Positions 18,681 to 28,444 are shown, counted from the stretch's first letter. The stretch: DNA of 64,000 nucleotides from Candidatus Omnitrophota bacterium (GCA_043820815.1 JBDRDJ010000005.1:172734-236733); one strand, 5' to 3'. Notes: generated by a model from the letters alone, not told the origin. Made by a program: numbers and translations.

Positions 18681-19940
18681 TTAAACTTCGTCAGGATGGA
18701 CGATTCTTCCCTTAACCGCCGATGCCGCGGCAACTGCAGGAGAAGAAAGATACACAAAGCTTTCCGGATGCCCCATACGGCCGATAAAATTCCTGTTAGT
18801 GGTTGCTAAAGCAACCTCTCCTTTATCGAGCACGCCTGTGTGGCCGCCTAAACAAGGCCCGCAAGTAGGAGGGCAAATCATACAGCCGGATTCAGCAAAA
18901 ACCCTTAATAAACCTTTTTTTTCAGCTTCCTGGTATATTTTAGGTGTCGCCGGAATAACAATGGCCCTTAAGCCTTTCTTTATTTTTTTCCCCTTAAGAA
19001 TTCCCGCGGCAATTTTTAAATCAGAAATTCTTCCGTTTGTGCAGGAACCGATAACAACCTGGTTTAACTTAACGCTTTTTAAGCTGCCGGCGTCTTTAGT
19101 GTTACTTGGGAGATGCGGGCATGATACTTGAGGTTTTATTTTAGAAACATCAATCTCAATTATCCGGCTGTAATCAGCGTTAGAATCACTTTTTAATAAT
19201 TTTATCTTTTTATTTCTCTTGCCTGCACTTTTTGCGAATGCAGCTGTTTTTTCGTCCGGCTCGATTATGCCGGTTTTTCCTCCTGCTTCAATTGCCATAT
19301 TACACATAGTAAACCTCTCATCCATACTCATGCTCTTAATAACAGGCCCGGACATTTCCATAACCTTATAAAGCGCTCCGTCTACTCCTATTTTCCCTAT
19401 TGTATAAAGAATCAAATCTTTTCCGCTGACCCATTTATTCAATTTACCGTGGTAAATAAATTTAATAACTTCGGGCACACGAAGCCAACATTTGCCCTCT
19501 TTCATGGCAGCGGCGACATCAGTTGAACCTACACCAAAACTTGCCGCTCCCATTGCACCATATGTGCATGTATGAGAATCTGCTCCTATCACAAGATCAT
19601 AGGGTTTTACGATACCAGCTTCCGGGATAAAAGCGTGTTCTATGCCGCAGGCCTGGCTTTCGTAAAAATGGCGAAGACGCCATTTACGGGCAAACTCTTT
19701 GAGAAGCTTTACGTTATTAGCGGCTTTTAAATCACGCGCCGGTACAAAATGATCGCAGAAAAAACCTATTTTTCGCGGGTTAAAAACCGAATCAAAGCCT
19801 GCCGCATTAAATTCTTTAACAGCGAGGGGCGCTGTGATATCATTGCCGAAGCAAAAATCAACATCCGCATAGACAAAATCGGAAAGTTTTTTGTCATTTG
19901 AATGTTTAAGAAGAATTCTTTCTATTAAAGTTAATCCCAT
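18681..19940 (-). CDS. leuC: 3-isopropylmalate dehydratase large subunit
   Basis: Aconitase-family Fe-S ligand motifs: GADSHT, GSCTNGR, CGPCLG. Confidence 0.9.
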   Translation of the reverse strand: MGLTLIERILLKHSNDKKLSDFVYADVDFCFGNDITAPLAVKEFNAAGFDSVFNPRKIGFFCDHFVPARDLKAANNVKLLKEFARKWRLRHFYESQACGIEHAFIPEAGIVKPYDLVIGADSHTCTYGAMGAASFGVGSTDVAAAMKEGKCWLRVPEVIKFIYHGKLNKWVSGKDLILYTIGKIGVDGALYKVMEMSGPVIKSMSMDERFTMCNMAIEAGGKTGIIEPDEKTAAFAKSAGKRNKKIKLLKSDSNADYSRIIEIDVSKIKPQVSCPHLPSNTKDAGSLKSVKLNQVVIGSCTNGRISDLKIAAGILKGKKIKKGLRAIVIPATPKIYQEAEKKGLLRVFAESGCMICPPTCGPCLGGHTGVLDKGEVALATTNRNFIGRMGHPESFVYLSSPAVAAASAVKGRIVHPDEV

Positions 19941-20003
19941 GATACAAAAAAACCGGCCTTTGAATTTGCCGGCCTGCCTGTTTTAATTATCATAAATTTA
20001 CTT

Positions 20004-20032
20004 ATAATATATAAAAATGCCTGTATTGTCAA
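20004..20032 (-). promoter_or_regulatory. predicted sigma70-type promoter for leuCDB-asd
   Basis: Minus strand reads TTGACA (20027-20032), a 17-nt spacer, then TATTAT (20004-20009). A small hairpin plus T7 run (19946-19975) ends 5 nt before the leuC ATG. Confidence 0.45.
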
Positions 20033-20047
20033 TATCGATATCGGGAG

Positions 20048-20330
20048 TTATTTTAATTTTTTTTTATACTTATCAACTTCTTTAGCGGCAGCACCAACTA
20101 AAATATATTTTAGTTTTTCTTCGTTGAATTCATTGATTATCTTATCCCAGATATTATGGTTTGAAGTATTTTTTATCATTTCGGCGTATACTCTTACTAA
20201 TATTCTTTGCCGAGGAATTTCTAAATTTGATAAGAAATTGCCTTTGTCTGAATGCCCAGGCCAAACGCTCAGAAAGCGGTAATTTAATGAATGATTTTAT
20301 ATGCTGCTGCCTAAGAGTATCATCTTCCAT
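20048..20330 (-). pseudogene. decayed small gene or genes: a 58-aa ORF plus a 43-aa ORF in another frame
   Basis: Own translation. 20154-20330 gives MEDDTLRQQHIKSFIKLPLSERLAWAF...KKYFKP*. 20048-20179 gives MIKNTSNHNIWDKIINEFNEEKLKYILVGAAAKEV...*. The frames meet at an A6 run. The second ORF resembles only the first ~40 aa of a nucleotidyltransferase-type protein. Confidence 0.3.
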
Positions 20331-20376
20331 CAAGTTTAATTATATCACGAATCAAATAATTATCTAATTACTTCTA

Positions 20377-20466
20377 ACGCCGGAATCGGACGCCTCTGCG
20401 AAGCCAAAAGCGAAGCTCAGGCGTTGCGGAGTAAGTTTGGCCGGACGGACACTGCGGCGGGTAGGT
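20377..20466. other. GC-rich ~90-nt patch in an otherwise AT-rich spacer; nature unknown
   Basis: Contains the direct repeat GCGAAGC (20398-20404 and 20410-20416). No tRNA, SRP, RNase P or tmRNA signature was recognisable. Confidence 0.3.
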
Positions 20467-20771
20467 AATTTGGGCATTAATTATTTTATTATTTATTGTC
20501 TAACAATTAATATACGTGTAATGTATTTTCTGAGGCTCTACATAAAAGATAACACTTTTTGGAGGGAAATGCAATAAAAAGGCAAGATATTTGAAAGGAT
20601 TTGGGCTCTTATTCCATCTTTTATATAAAAAGGACGGTTATTTTGTATTACATATAACATAGGAAATTGTACAAAAGTAGGTGCGGGATAGACGGGGCCG
20701 GAGGGGTTATTTATCAATATTGTTAATAATTAAAAGGCCGCGAAAAACTCCAGTTGATAGGTTATGTTAAT

Positions 20772-21080
20772 TTATAAAATTTTCAACCCTTTTTTTATTT
20801 CTTTAGCAAAAGGATTGCTATTTTTAAAGTCTTTTTTAGAGATAGGGTGGGGTTCTATGCGCAGGTCAAAATTTCTACGAAGCCGCATTAAATTTGATAG
20901 TTCCTCTATGGTGTCTCTATATCCCTCCAATACCAGAGCTATATCAATATCGCTATCATCATTAAAGCGATTCCGCGCATATGAACCAAAAAGGAAGGCT
21001 TCTTTTACGTTATAATAGCGGTGGGAAATAAGGAAGTTTACGTAATCACGAGCCAGCCTTAAAGCATTTTTTTTATCCAT
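20772..21080 (-). CDS. minimal nucleotidyltransferase (MNT) domain protein
   Basis: The FGSYARNRFNDDSDIDIALV motif (GSxxxG...SDIDL); 102 aa. Confidence 0.8.
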   Translation of the reverse strand: MDKKNALRLARDYVNFLISHRYYNVKEAFLFGSYARNRFNDDSDIDIALVLEGYRDTIEELSNLMRLRRNFDLRIEPHPISKKDFKNSNPFAKEIKKGLKIL

Positions 21081-21445
21081 ATTCTGAATTCCTTTATTTT
21101 AGCAACATATTCTGCGGCGAATTGCTTCGTGCACATTGTGTAAAATTTCAATTTATAATCGTCATAGCGTGCTTTTATGTTAAAGCTGGTCAGAGTATCG
21201 AGGAAATCTTTTTGTTTTTCAGAAAGGTTGAGACTTGCTTTTTCAGCAATACGCAGTAAATCATGTATATATGGGGTATTTATATCGTGATTTTTCACGT
21301 AATAGGCTTTTAATAATTTTTCAACTACGATATGTCCAACAAACAACGCCCAGGGATAATTTTTGCCTTTAAACAAATATTCCATGGTTGCGTAATCATT
21401 ATCCGATGATTTTACCCAATATTTTAGAATTTCCTTTTTATTCAT
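21059..21445 (-). CDS. HEPN domain protein, partner of the MNT
   Basis: GHIVVEKLLKAYY and NIKARYDD, the PF05168-type HEPN pattern. Overlaps the MNT gene by 22 nt. ATG 21443-21445 preferred over the GTG at 21463. Confidence 0.7.
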   Translation of the reverse strand: MNKKEILKYWVKSSDNDYATMEYLFKGKNYPWALFVGHIVVEKLLKAYYVKNHDINTPYIHDLLRIAEKASLNLSEKQKDFLDTLTSFNIKARYDDYKLKFYTMCTKQFAAEYVAKIKEFRIWIKKML

Positions 21446-21505
21446 ATATTTTAATCTTATCACAAAATCGCCTATTTGGCAATTTCAACAGTTCTAAACT
21501 TTCTT

Positions 21506-22741
21506 TTATTTGAACCTTTTAATAACAAGGGTGGCGTTGTGACCGCCAAAGCCCAAAGAATTAGAAAGCGCAATATCAAAATCGCATTCAACGGCTTTAT
21601 TAGGCGTATAATTTAAATCACAATCCGGATCAGGGTTTTCTAAATTAATAGTGGGAGGAATTATTTTATTGTTAACGGCAAGGCAGCAAATAATGAATTC
21701 AATTGCACCGGCGGCTCCTAATGTATGGCCGATCATTGATTTTGTTGAACTTATAGCAACATTTTTAGCATGAGGCTTAAATGCCCCCTTGATTGCCAAG
21801 GTTTCTATTCTATCATTAAGCTGGGTGCTGGTTCCGTGAGCATTTATATAAACCTTTTCGCTTACATCGACTTTTGCTTCTTCTAAAGCATCTTCAATTG
21901 CTTTTTGAGCAGACTCGCCTTTTGGGTGCGGGGCAGTTATATGATAGGCATCGGAAGTTGCCCCGTAACCGCAGACTTCCCCGAGAATATCAGCGCCCCT
22001 CTTTTTAGCATGCGCCAACTCCTCAAGAACGACTATTCCTGAACCTTCAGCCATAACAAAACCATCGCGCTCGCGGTCAAAAGGCCTGCTTGCTCTTTGG
22101 GGTTCGTTGTTGCGCGTAGAAAGAGCCTTAAGCGCACAGAATCCTCCGACACCCATAGTGACGATAGAGGCTTCGGTTCCGCCGGCTATCATTACATCAG
22201 CCCGGTCATGCTTGATAGCCTTATATGATTCCCCTATGGCATGCGCTCCCGAAGCACAAGCTGTAACCGTGCAATAATTAAGCCCCTTCGCTTTGAAATA
22301 AATTGAAACTGCTCCTGCGGCTTCATTGGTTATGAGCATAGGTATAAGAAAAGGCGATATTTTCCTCGGGCCTCTTTCTAAGAAAACCTTATGTTCACGC
22401 TCAAAAATCTCAAGGCTGCCTATGCCCGAACCGACGATAACTCCTGTCCTGTAAGGGTTAGCATTGTCGAATTTTATACCGCTGCCTTCTATGGCTTCCT
22501 CTGCGGCCTTAAGAGCTAATTGAACAAAACGAGGCGTTCTGCGGATATCTTTTGGTAAGATAAAATTAGGCGGGATAAAATCAGGGACCTCACCTGCAAT
22601 CTGCGAATCAAACCCGCTTGCGTCAAACTGGGTAATCCTGCGGATTGCACTTTTCCCTTCGATTAAAGATTTCCAAAGGGCAACCTTTCCAACACCCATG
22701 GGGCTGACTGCCCCGCAGCCGGTTACAACAACACGTCTCAT
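21506..22741 (-). CDS. fabF: 3-oxoacyl-ACP synthase II
   Basis: Active-site TACASG and HGTSTQ, with a C-terminal NSLGFGGHNATL. Confidence 0.9.
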   Translation of the reverse strand: MRRVVVTGCGAVSPMGVGKVALWKSLIEGKSAIRRITQFDASGFDSQIAGEVPDFIPPNFILPKDIRRTPRFVQLALKAAEEAIEGSGIKFDNANPYRTGVIVGSGIGSLEIFEREHKVFLERGPRKISPFLIPMLITNEAAGAVSIYFKAKGLNYCTVTACASGAHAIGESYKAIKHDRADVMIAGGTEASIVTMGVGGFCALKALSTRNNEPQRASRPFDRERDGFVMAEGSGIVVLEELAHAKKRGADILGEVCGYGATSDAYHITAPHPKGESAQKAIEDALEEAKVDVSEKVYINAHGTSTQLNDRIETLAIKGAFKPHAKNVAISSTKSMIGHTLGAAGAIEFIICCLAVNNKIIPPTINLENPDPDCDLNYTPNKAVECDFDIALSNSLGFGGHNATLVIKRFK

Positions 22742-22753
22742 ATTATAAAAGAA

Positions 22754-22999
22754 CTATTCGGCTTTCTTTTTTATTTTTTCGTCAATGTATCTTACGGCTT
22801 CGCCGACGGTCGTAATCTTTTCGGCATCCTCATCGGGGATTTCTATGCCAAACTCTTCCTCAAGTGCCATAACCACCTCAACTGTATCCAATGAGTCTGC
22901 GCCCAAATCATCTATAAAGGAACTCTCTGCCTTAATCTCCTCTTTTTTAACTCCGAGCTGTTCAGCGATAATGTCTTTTACTTTCTCATCAACTCCCAT
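22754..22999 (-). CDS. acpP: acyl carrier protein
   Basis: [11 protein letters not shown] phosphopantetheine site. ATG 22997-22999 lies behind a GGAGG RBS. Confidence 0.9.
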   Translation of the reverse strand: MGVDEKVKDIIAEQLGVKKEEIKAESSFIDDLGADSLDTVEVVMALEEEFGIEIPDEDAEKITTVGEAVRYIDEKIKKKAE

Positions 23000-23051
23000 T
23001 AGTACCTCCTTTTTATGGTGCAGCAATACACATAGAAATTTGACTGACTAA

Positions 23052-23786
23052 TTAAACAAGACCTCCGTCTACAACCAAAACCTGACCCGAAATATAATCC
23101 GAACTTTTTGAAGCCAGAAACATAACGGCATTTGCTACATCAGAAGTTGTGCCGAATCTTCTTAAAGGTATGCGCGCCAGCATGGCTTCTTTTACCTTAT
23201 CGTCTAACTTGTCAGTCATAGCTGTCTGAATATAACCCGGACAAACCGCATTAACATTGATGTTTCTCGAACCTAACTCCTTTGCCAGAGACTTAGTTAA
23301 ACCTATGAGGCCTGCCTTTGAAGCCGAGTAATTAACCTGGCCAGGGTTGCCGATAATGCCTATAACCGATGAAATGTTTATTATTTTACCACAGCGCTGT
23401 TTTAGCATAGGCTTCAAAACAGACTTGCAGCAATTATAAGCGCCTTTCAAATTCACCTCTAAAACTTTATCCCAATCATTTTCAGAGAGCCTAAGAAGCA
23501 GGTTGTCGCGCGTTATTCCCGCATTGTTTACTAATATATCAACTCTTCCAAAGTTGTCAATAACTTTATTAATTTTTTCCTCAACATTTTTGAATTTTGT
23601 AATATCCAAATGGAATGCCAAGGCACGTGAATACTCTTTTATCCGGGCCAAAGCTTCCTCGAGCATGCCCTTATCGACGTCAAAAAGGACAACATTTGCC
23701 TTATTCTTAGCAAAGCCTAAGGCTATTTCCCGGCCGATGCCCTGTGCCGCACCGGTTACAATAACTACCTTATCGTTAAAGCGCAT
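23052..23786 (-). CDS. fabG: 3-oxoacyl-ACP reductase
   Basis: TGAAQGIG, NNAG and YSASK SDR motifs. ATG 23784-23786 lies behind AGAGGTGG; an alternative GTG start is at 23807. Confidence 0.85.
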   Translation of the reverse strand: MRFNDKVVIVTGAAQGIGREIALGFAKNKANVVLFDVDKGMLEEALARIKEYSRALAFHLDITKFKNVEEKINKVIDNFGRVDILVNNAGITRDNLLLRLSENDWDKVLEVNLKGAYNCCKSVLKPMLKQRCGKIINISSVIGIIGNPGQVNYSASKAGLIGLTKSLAKELGSRNINVNAVCPGYIQTAMTDKLDDKVKEAMLARIPLRRFGTTSDVANAVMFLASKSSDYISGQVLVVDGGLV

Positions 23787-23807
23787 AGCCACCTCTTGGA
23801 TTTTCAC

Positions 23808-24725
23808 TTATATCGAAATATCTTGGTCAAGCAAAGCATTAAGGTCTTCCTTCTTCTCTATATTTACAACCTTCAACACGGGATTAATCTTGCGCATCAA
23901 CCCCTTTAGCACGCGCGAAGGGCCGAGTTCAAAAAAAACATTAACGCCTTTTGATGCCATGTATTCAACGCTGTCATTCCAGAGCACAGAAGAAACCAAT
24001 TGCCTCAAAAGATTATCTTTAATCTCGTTCTTATCCGTATGGGCACATGCAGTGACATTGCTAACAATAGGGATTTGAGCGTCTTTAAAATTGATTTTAT
24101 CCAAAACCCGGCTTAAATGCTCTTTCGCCGCCTCCATAAACGGTGAATGAAACCCCCCGCTTACCGCCAAATCAACCACCTTAGCCCCTCTTGCTTCAAG
24201 AGTGCTTCTTATGCTGTCTTTCTTATCCGCCTTTAATGAAATAACTGTCTGAGAAGGCGAGTTAATATTTGCGATATAAAAACCGTGTGCCTTAGCCTGT
24301 TCCTGCAACTCTTTACGGGTTAAACCCATAACAGCCATCATCGTAGAGGGCGATAAGAGCGCCGCCTTCTGCATTGCCAGAGCTCTTTCCTTAACCAGAT
24401 AAACCACATCTTCAAGAGACACGGCTCCCGCCGCATATAAACAGCTGTACTCTCCGAGGCTAAGCCCGGCACAATAAGAGGTGACAATGGTGTGAGTTTT
24501 AAAAACTGAAAAGGCTGCTAAACTGCAGGCTAAAACAGCAAGCTGCTGTATTGACGTATCCTTAAGGCAGTCCTCGGGGCAGCTAAAGCACTTATCTGCC
24601 AAATCACAGCCAAGAATATTGTTAATTCTAAGAAAGATACCTTTTGCTTCAGGGAAGCTGTCAAAAAGGCTTTTGCCCATACCCACACATTGAGAACCCT
24701 GACCGGGAAAAATTATTGCATTCAT
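23808..24725 (-). CDS. fabD: malonyl-CoA-ACP transacylase
   Basis: FPGQGSQ and GLSLGEY motifs. The ATG at 24723-24725 forms an ATGA overlap with the fabH stop. Confidence 0.9.
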   Translation of the reverse strand: MNAIIFPGQGSQCVGMGKSLFDSFPEAKGIFLRINNILGCDLADKCFSCPEDCLKDTSIQQLAVLACSLAAFSVFKTHTIVTSYCAGLSLGEYSCLYAAGAVSLEDVVYLVKERALAMQKAALLSPSTMMAVMGLTRKELQEQAKAHGFYIANINSPSQTVISLKADKKDSIRSTLEARGAKVVDLAVSGGFHSPFMEAAKEHLSRVLDKINFKDAQIPIVSNVTACAHTDKNEIKDNLLRQLVSSVLWNDSVEYMASKGVNVFFELGPSRVLKGLMRKINPVLKVVNIEKKEDLNALLDQDISI

Positions 24726-25702
24726 ATCCACTTTATGACGCAGCTGCCCCAAACAAGGCCGCCGCCAAAAGCATCAAGAACAACTATATCGTCTCTTTTT
24801 ATTTTTCCTTCTTCCCATGCTTCGCAGAGCGCAACTGCACTTGAAGCTGAAGACATATTGCCGTAGCGGGCGATATTACTGTATATCTTATTTTGAGGAA
24901 TGTGCAGCCTTTTTGAAACAGCACTTATTATTCTTTGATTAGCCTGATGAGGGACTAAAAGATTAACATCAGCCGTAGTCAAGCCGGCATTAGCTAAAGC
25001 TTTTTTGGCCGCTTCAACCATCAGCCTTACGGCTATGCGGAAAAGCTCATTGCCTCTCATCTGGATAAAATGCATCCTCTGCTTAACCGTATCGAGAGAA
25101 GAAGGATTTCTTGAACCGCCTGCCGGCAGGATAAGAACATCCGACTGCGAACCGTCACCGCCTAAATAAGCGCTAAGAACCCCTTCTTTGCTGGAAGCAG
25201 TAAGAATTACCACTCCTGCTCCGTCTCCGAATAAAACACATGTTGACCTGTCATTCCAGTCAGTAATAGTGGATAAAACTTCACTGCCGGCTATTAACAC
25301 ATTTTTAAATAAGCCTCCTTTGATAAATTGCCATGCACCGGTTAAAGCATAAACAAAACCCGCACAGGCAGCGGAAATATCAAAACAGGCAGCCCGTCTT
25401 GCTTTCAATTTATCCTGTAAATAACAGGCCGTTGAAGGAAACTGGGTGTCAGGAGTGATTGTTGCGACAATAATAAGGTCTATATCAGCAGGCTTTAATC
25501 CCGCCCTTTTAAGGGCAATTTTTGATGCCTGATACGCGAGCTCAGAGGCCGGCGTGCCTTTTTGCACAATCCTTCTCTCTTTTATTCCCGTTCGGGCAGT
25601 TATCCATTCGTCAGTTGTATCGACCATCTCTGCGAGATCGTCATTAGTTAATACAAAAGGCGGGACGTATTTACCCAACCCTACTATTTTGGCAGACTTC
25701 AT
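24722..25702 (-). CDS. fabH: 3-oxoacyl-ACP synthase III
   Basis: DISAACAGF active-site Cys, HQAN and GNMSSAS. Confidence 0.9.
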   Translation of the reverse strand: MKSAKIVGLGKYVPPFVLTNDDLAEMVDTTDEWITARTGIKERRIVQKGTPASELAYQASKIALKRAGLKPADIDLIIVATITPDTQFPSTACYLQDKLKARRAACFDISAACAGFVYALTGAWQFIKGGLFKNVLIAGSEVLSTITDWNDRSTCVLFGDGAGVVILTASSKEGVLSAYLGGDGSQSDVLILPAGGSRNPSSLDTVKQRMHFIQMRGNELFRIAVRLMVEAAKKALANAGLTTADVNLLVPHQANQRIISAVSKRLHIPQNKIYSNIARYGNMSSASSAVALCEAWEEGKIKRDDIVVLDAFGGGLVWGSCVIKWI

Positions 25703-26687
25703 TGATTTTCTTTTTAATTTCGCTGTTAATATCTCTTTTCAATTCTTTAACTGCTGCTTTAATCGCGTTCTTAACGGCTGTAGAGTTTGAGCGTCCATGG
25801 CCTATAATCACAATACCGTCAACCCCAAGAAGAGGGGCTCCGCCGTATTCAGCATAATCGATCCTGCGTTTAAACGAGAGTAAGCTCTGCTTCATCAGCA
25901 GCATCCCGATTTTTCCGAAAAAATTGCTTCTAATCTCATCTATAAGAAAACTTCCTAAGACTTCAGCGGCACCTTCGGCAATCTTTAATGAAATATTACC
26001 GATAAATCCGTCGCAAACTATACAATCGCACTTGCCCGAGAATGCATCTTTAGCTTCTAAATTGCCGATGAAATTAAGAGAGCTTTCAGAAAAAAGTTTA
26101 TGCACATTCCTAACGAACTCTGAACCTTTAGATTCTTCCTCTCCGATATTAAGAAGGCCTATCGTAGGATTGGATTTATTCAAAACCAATTGACAATACA
26201 CAGAGGCCATTACTCCGTATTGCAAAAGATGAACCGGCTTTGGCTCTGTATTGGCTCCCGCATCACAGAGTATCGATACACCCTTCTTCGTAGGAAGCAT
26301 CAGTGAAATTCCCGGCCTTTCAACTCCCTCAATAAGCCTTAAGGTTAATGCTGAAGAACAAACAACGGCGCCGGTATTCCCGCATGATACAAAAGCGTCT
26401 ATTTGTCTCTCTTTCAATAACTTAAGCCCTACGACAATGGAAGATTTCTTTTTTCTTCTTACCGCAATAGCCGGAGGTTCACACATCTCAATTTTCTCGG
26501 GTGCATCAACAATTGTGAAATCCAAAAAGGATGATTTTAATTTCCCAAGAACCTCTTCAACTTCATGCTTAGGCCCCACTAAAACAATATTCTCCTTCAA
26601 TTCATTGCGTGCCATTATGGCACCCTTAAGAATGGCCTCAGGAGCAAAATCACCTCCCGATACATCTAATCCAATTCTATATTTCAT
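25671..26687 (-). CDS. plsX: phosphate acyltransferase
   Basis: GLDVSGGD at the N-terminus; conserved position between rpmF and fabH. Confidence 0.9.
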   Translation of the reverse strand: MKYRIGLDVSGGDFAPEAILKGAIMARNELKENIVLVGPKHEVEEVLGKLKSSFLDFTIVDAPEKIEMCEPPAIAVRRKKKSSIVVGLKLLKERQIDAFVSCGNTGAVVCSSALTLRLIEGVERPGISLMLPTKKGVSILCDAGANTEPKPVHLLQYGVMASVYCQLVLNKSNPTIGLLNIGEEESKGSEFVRNVHKLFSESSLNFIGNLEAKDAFSGKCDCIVCDGFIGNISLKIAEGAAEVLGSFLIDEIRSNFFGKIGMLLMKQSLLSFKRRIDYAEYGGAPLLGVDGIVIIGHGRSNSTAVKNAIKAAVKELKRDINSEIKKKINEVCQNSRVG

Positions 26688-26714
26688 AATTTTATTAATT
26701 TATGGGACTTAGAA

Positions 26715-26746
26715 TTTCGATATTGTTTCGAATTTCGGATTTCGTG
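26715..26746. repeat. degenerate tandem heptamers with a TTTCG core
   Basis: TTTCG occurs at 26715, 26726, 26733 and 26740. The last three are spaced exactly 7 nt apart. The tract sits in the rpmF-plsX spacer. Confidence 0.55.
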
Positions 26747-26782
26747 CTTAGGATTTACCTCAAACAGACATTAGTATAATGT

Positions 26783-26986
26783 TTAGCGTTTTTTCTTACT
26801 TTTATCTTTCTTTTTTATAGTAATAATTTCCTTCTTCCTGTAATAACCGCAAAACGGGCACACTGTGTGAGCCGGTTTCAAACGCTTGCATTCTGTGCAT
26901 GAAACAAGCAATGGAACCGAAATCTTCTGGTGCGTTCTGCGTTTTCTTGTTCGTGAATGGGATTGTTTCCTTTTTGGATGAGCCAT
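26783..26986 (-). CDS. rpmF: 50S ribosomal protein L32
   Basis: MAHPKRKQSHSRTRKRR... with a CxxC...CxxC zinc ribbon. Confidence 0.9.
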   Translation of the reverse strand: MAHPKRKQSHSRTRKRRTHQKISVPLLVSCTECKRLKPAHTVCPFCGYYRKKEIITIKKKDKSKKKR

Positions 26987-26989
26987 AAT

Positions 26990-27418
26990 TCACCTCTTTT
27001 TTTTAGTTTTTATATCGCAGCTGCATTTTTGATGGTTTAAATTCACACCGCAGCCTGAACAAATACCTAAGCACTCGGGATTACAAACCGCTTTCATGGG
27101 ATATTCTAAAAGAACTTCTTGGCGGAGGTCATCATCAATCTCTAAATAATCTTCGCTTCCCTTGCCGCTGTAAGTCAAAGTTATATCTTGTTTAACTTCC
27201 TGGCAAACCTCATCCAAGCATCGTGCACATTTTATCTTACGGTTGAAAGTTATATTGGCATTTACAATTATAACGTCTTCACTGCGCAAAAATGCCCCCT
27301 CGATGTGCGTACAATCAACAAACTTAACCGCATCGCTGTCTATATCCCAGCGTGATATAGGAAAGCTTTCCTTTAAGGCCAAACCTTCTCTATTTATGTC
27401 GCTTACTTTTATTTTCAT
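26990..27418 (-). CDS. yceD: DUF177/YceD family protein
   Basis: C-terminal Cys cluster CNPECLGICSGCGVNLN; conserved position upstream of rpmF. Confidence 0.8.
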   Translation of the reverse strand: MKIKVSDINREGLALKESFPISRWDIDSDAVKFVDCTHIEGAFLRSEDVIIVNANITFNRKIKCARCLDEVCQEVKQDITLTYSGKGSEDYLEIDDDLRQEVLLEYPMKAVCNPECLGICSGCGVNLNHQKCSCDIKTKKKR

Positions 27419-27890
27419 TTATTTTCTCTTTTAATGGTTTTATTACTGATTCCGGCAGGAATTTTCTTAAATCCGCCCCTAAGAATGCGGCTTCTTTTAT
27501 AAGCCGCGACGAAATATAAGAATACTCGGGATGAGGCATAAGAAAAATCGTTTCAACCTTTGGATTTAAACTGCGGTTTGTTAAAGCCATTTGAAATTCA
27601 TATTCAAAGTCTGAAATCATCCTTAAACCACGAACGATTACAGAAGCTTTCTTTTTAAGGGCGAAATCAACTATCAGGCCTTCAAAGCCCTCTACAACAA
27701 GGTTTTGCATGCCCAAAGTTACACGCTTTACCATTTGCAGCCTTTCCCTAAAAGAGAATAAAGTTTTTTTATGCGGGGATTTAACCACTGAGACTACAAT
27801 CTCATCAGAAATTAAAGCAGCTCGTTTTATGATATCTATATGCCCGTTTGTTACAGGGTCAAATGTCCCCGGATAAATGACTCTTCTCAT
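27390..27890 (-). CDS. coaD: phosphopantetheine adenylyltransferase
   Basis: YPGTFDPVTNGHIDI motif. Confidence 0.9.
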   Translation of the reverse strand: MRRVIYPGTFDPVTNGHIDIIKRAALISDEIVVSVVKSPHKKTLFSFRERLQMVKRVTLGMQNLVVEGFEGLIVDFALKKKASVIVRGLRMISDFEYEFQMALTNRSLNPKVETIFLMPHPEYSYISSRLIKEAAFLGADLRKFLPESVIKPLKEKINENKSKRHK

Positions 27891-28444
27891 TGTAACCTAT
27901 TGATTTTCTGAATTAATAAAAGGGATGTTTGACCATAACGCCTGCGGCATATTTCAGAGAAGTTTTTATCTATGGCGCACAAATCTTCCTTAAAATAGCA
28001 AAAACCAACAATATAGCCCAAAGGTGTCAATATATCATACTCCATAATGCATTGCAAGGATTTCTTTAACATACCTTTATAGTAGGGCGGATCCAGGAAA
28101 ATAATATCAAATCTTCTCTTGCTCCCATTGATTTTCTTGAGAAAACTATAAGCATCTAAACAACAAACACTTGCAAGCTGGCCTAAAGAATACCTGTCTA
28201 AATTATCTTTTATAGCCAAAACACTTGGCCTTTTTATGTCTACAAAAGTGCACTTTCTAGCCTGATTGGATAAAGCCTCAATACCCAGGGCTCCTGAACC
28301 GGCAAACAAGTCTAATACTGCCTTGCCTTCGAACTCGCCTCTTAGAATATCAAAACAAGCCTTGCGGACAATATTCGAAACCGGCCTTATTCCCGGGGGT
28401 GAAATTATTGGCCTATTCTTCAATAAACCCGTGATTATTTTCAT
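27887..28444 (-). CDS. rsmD: 16S rRNA (guanine966-N2)-methyltransferase RsmD family
   Basis: LDLFAGSGALGIEALS and the FLDPPY motif. Confidence 0.8.
   Translation of the reverse strand: MKIITGLLKNRPIISPPGIRPVSNIVRKACFDILRGEFEGKAVLDLFAGSGALGIEALSNQARKCTFVDIKRPSVLAIKDNLDRYSLGQLASVCCLDAYSFLKKINGSKRRFDIIFLDPPYYKGMLKKSLQCIMEYDILTPLGYIVGFCYFKEDLCAIDKNFSEICRRRYGQTSLLLIQKINRLQ

Noticed and set aside
19944-20000. Classical leucine leader-peptide attenuation using the mini-ORF MIIKTGRPANSKAGFFVSWD in the leuC leader.
   Set aside because: The mini-ORF contains no Leu codon run and overlaps the leuC start. Only the hairpin/T-run observation is retained.
20377-20466. The GC-rich patch as a structured RNA: c-di-GMP-I riboswitch, SRP RNA, tRNA fragment, RNase P or tmRNA.
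   Set aside because: I compared it by eye with the conserved cores I remember: GGGCAAAC..GACGCAAAGCC for GEMM-I, GGAAGCAGCC for SRP, and GGTTCGAATCC for the tRNA T-loop. None is present, and only weak, ambiguous pairing can be drawn.
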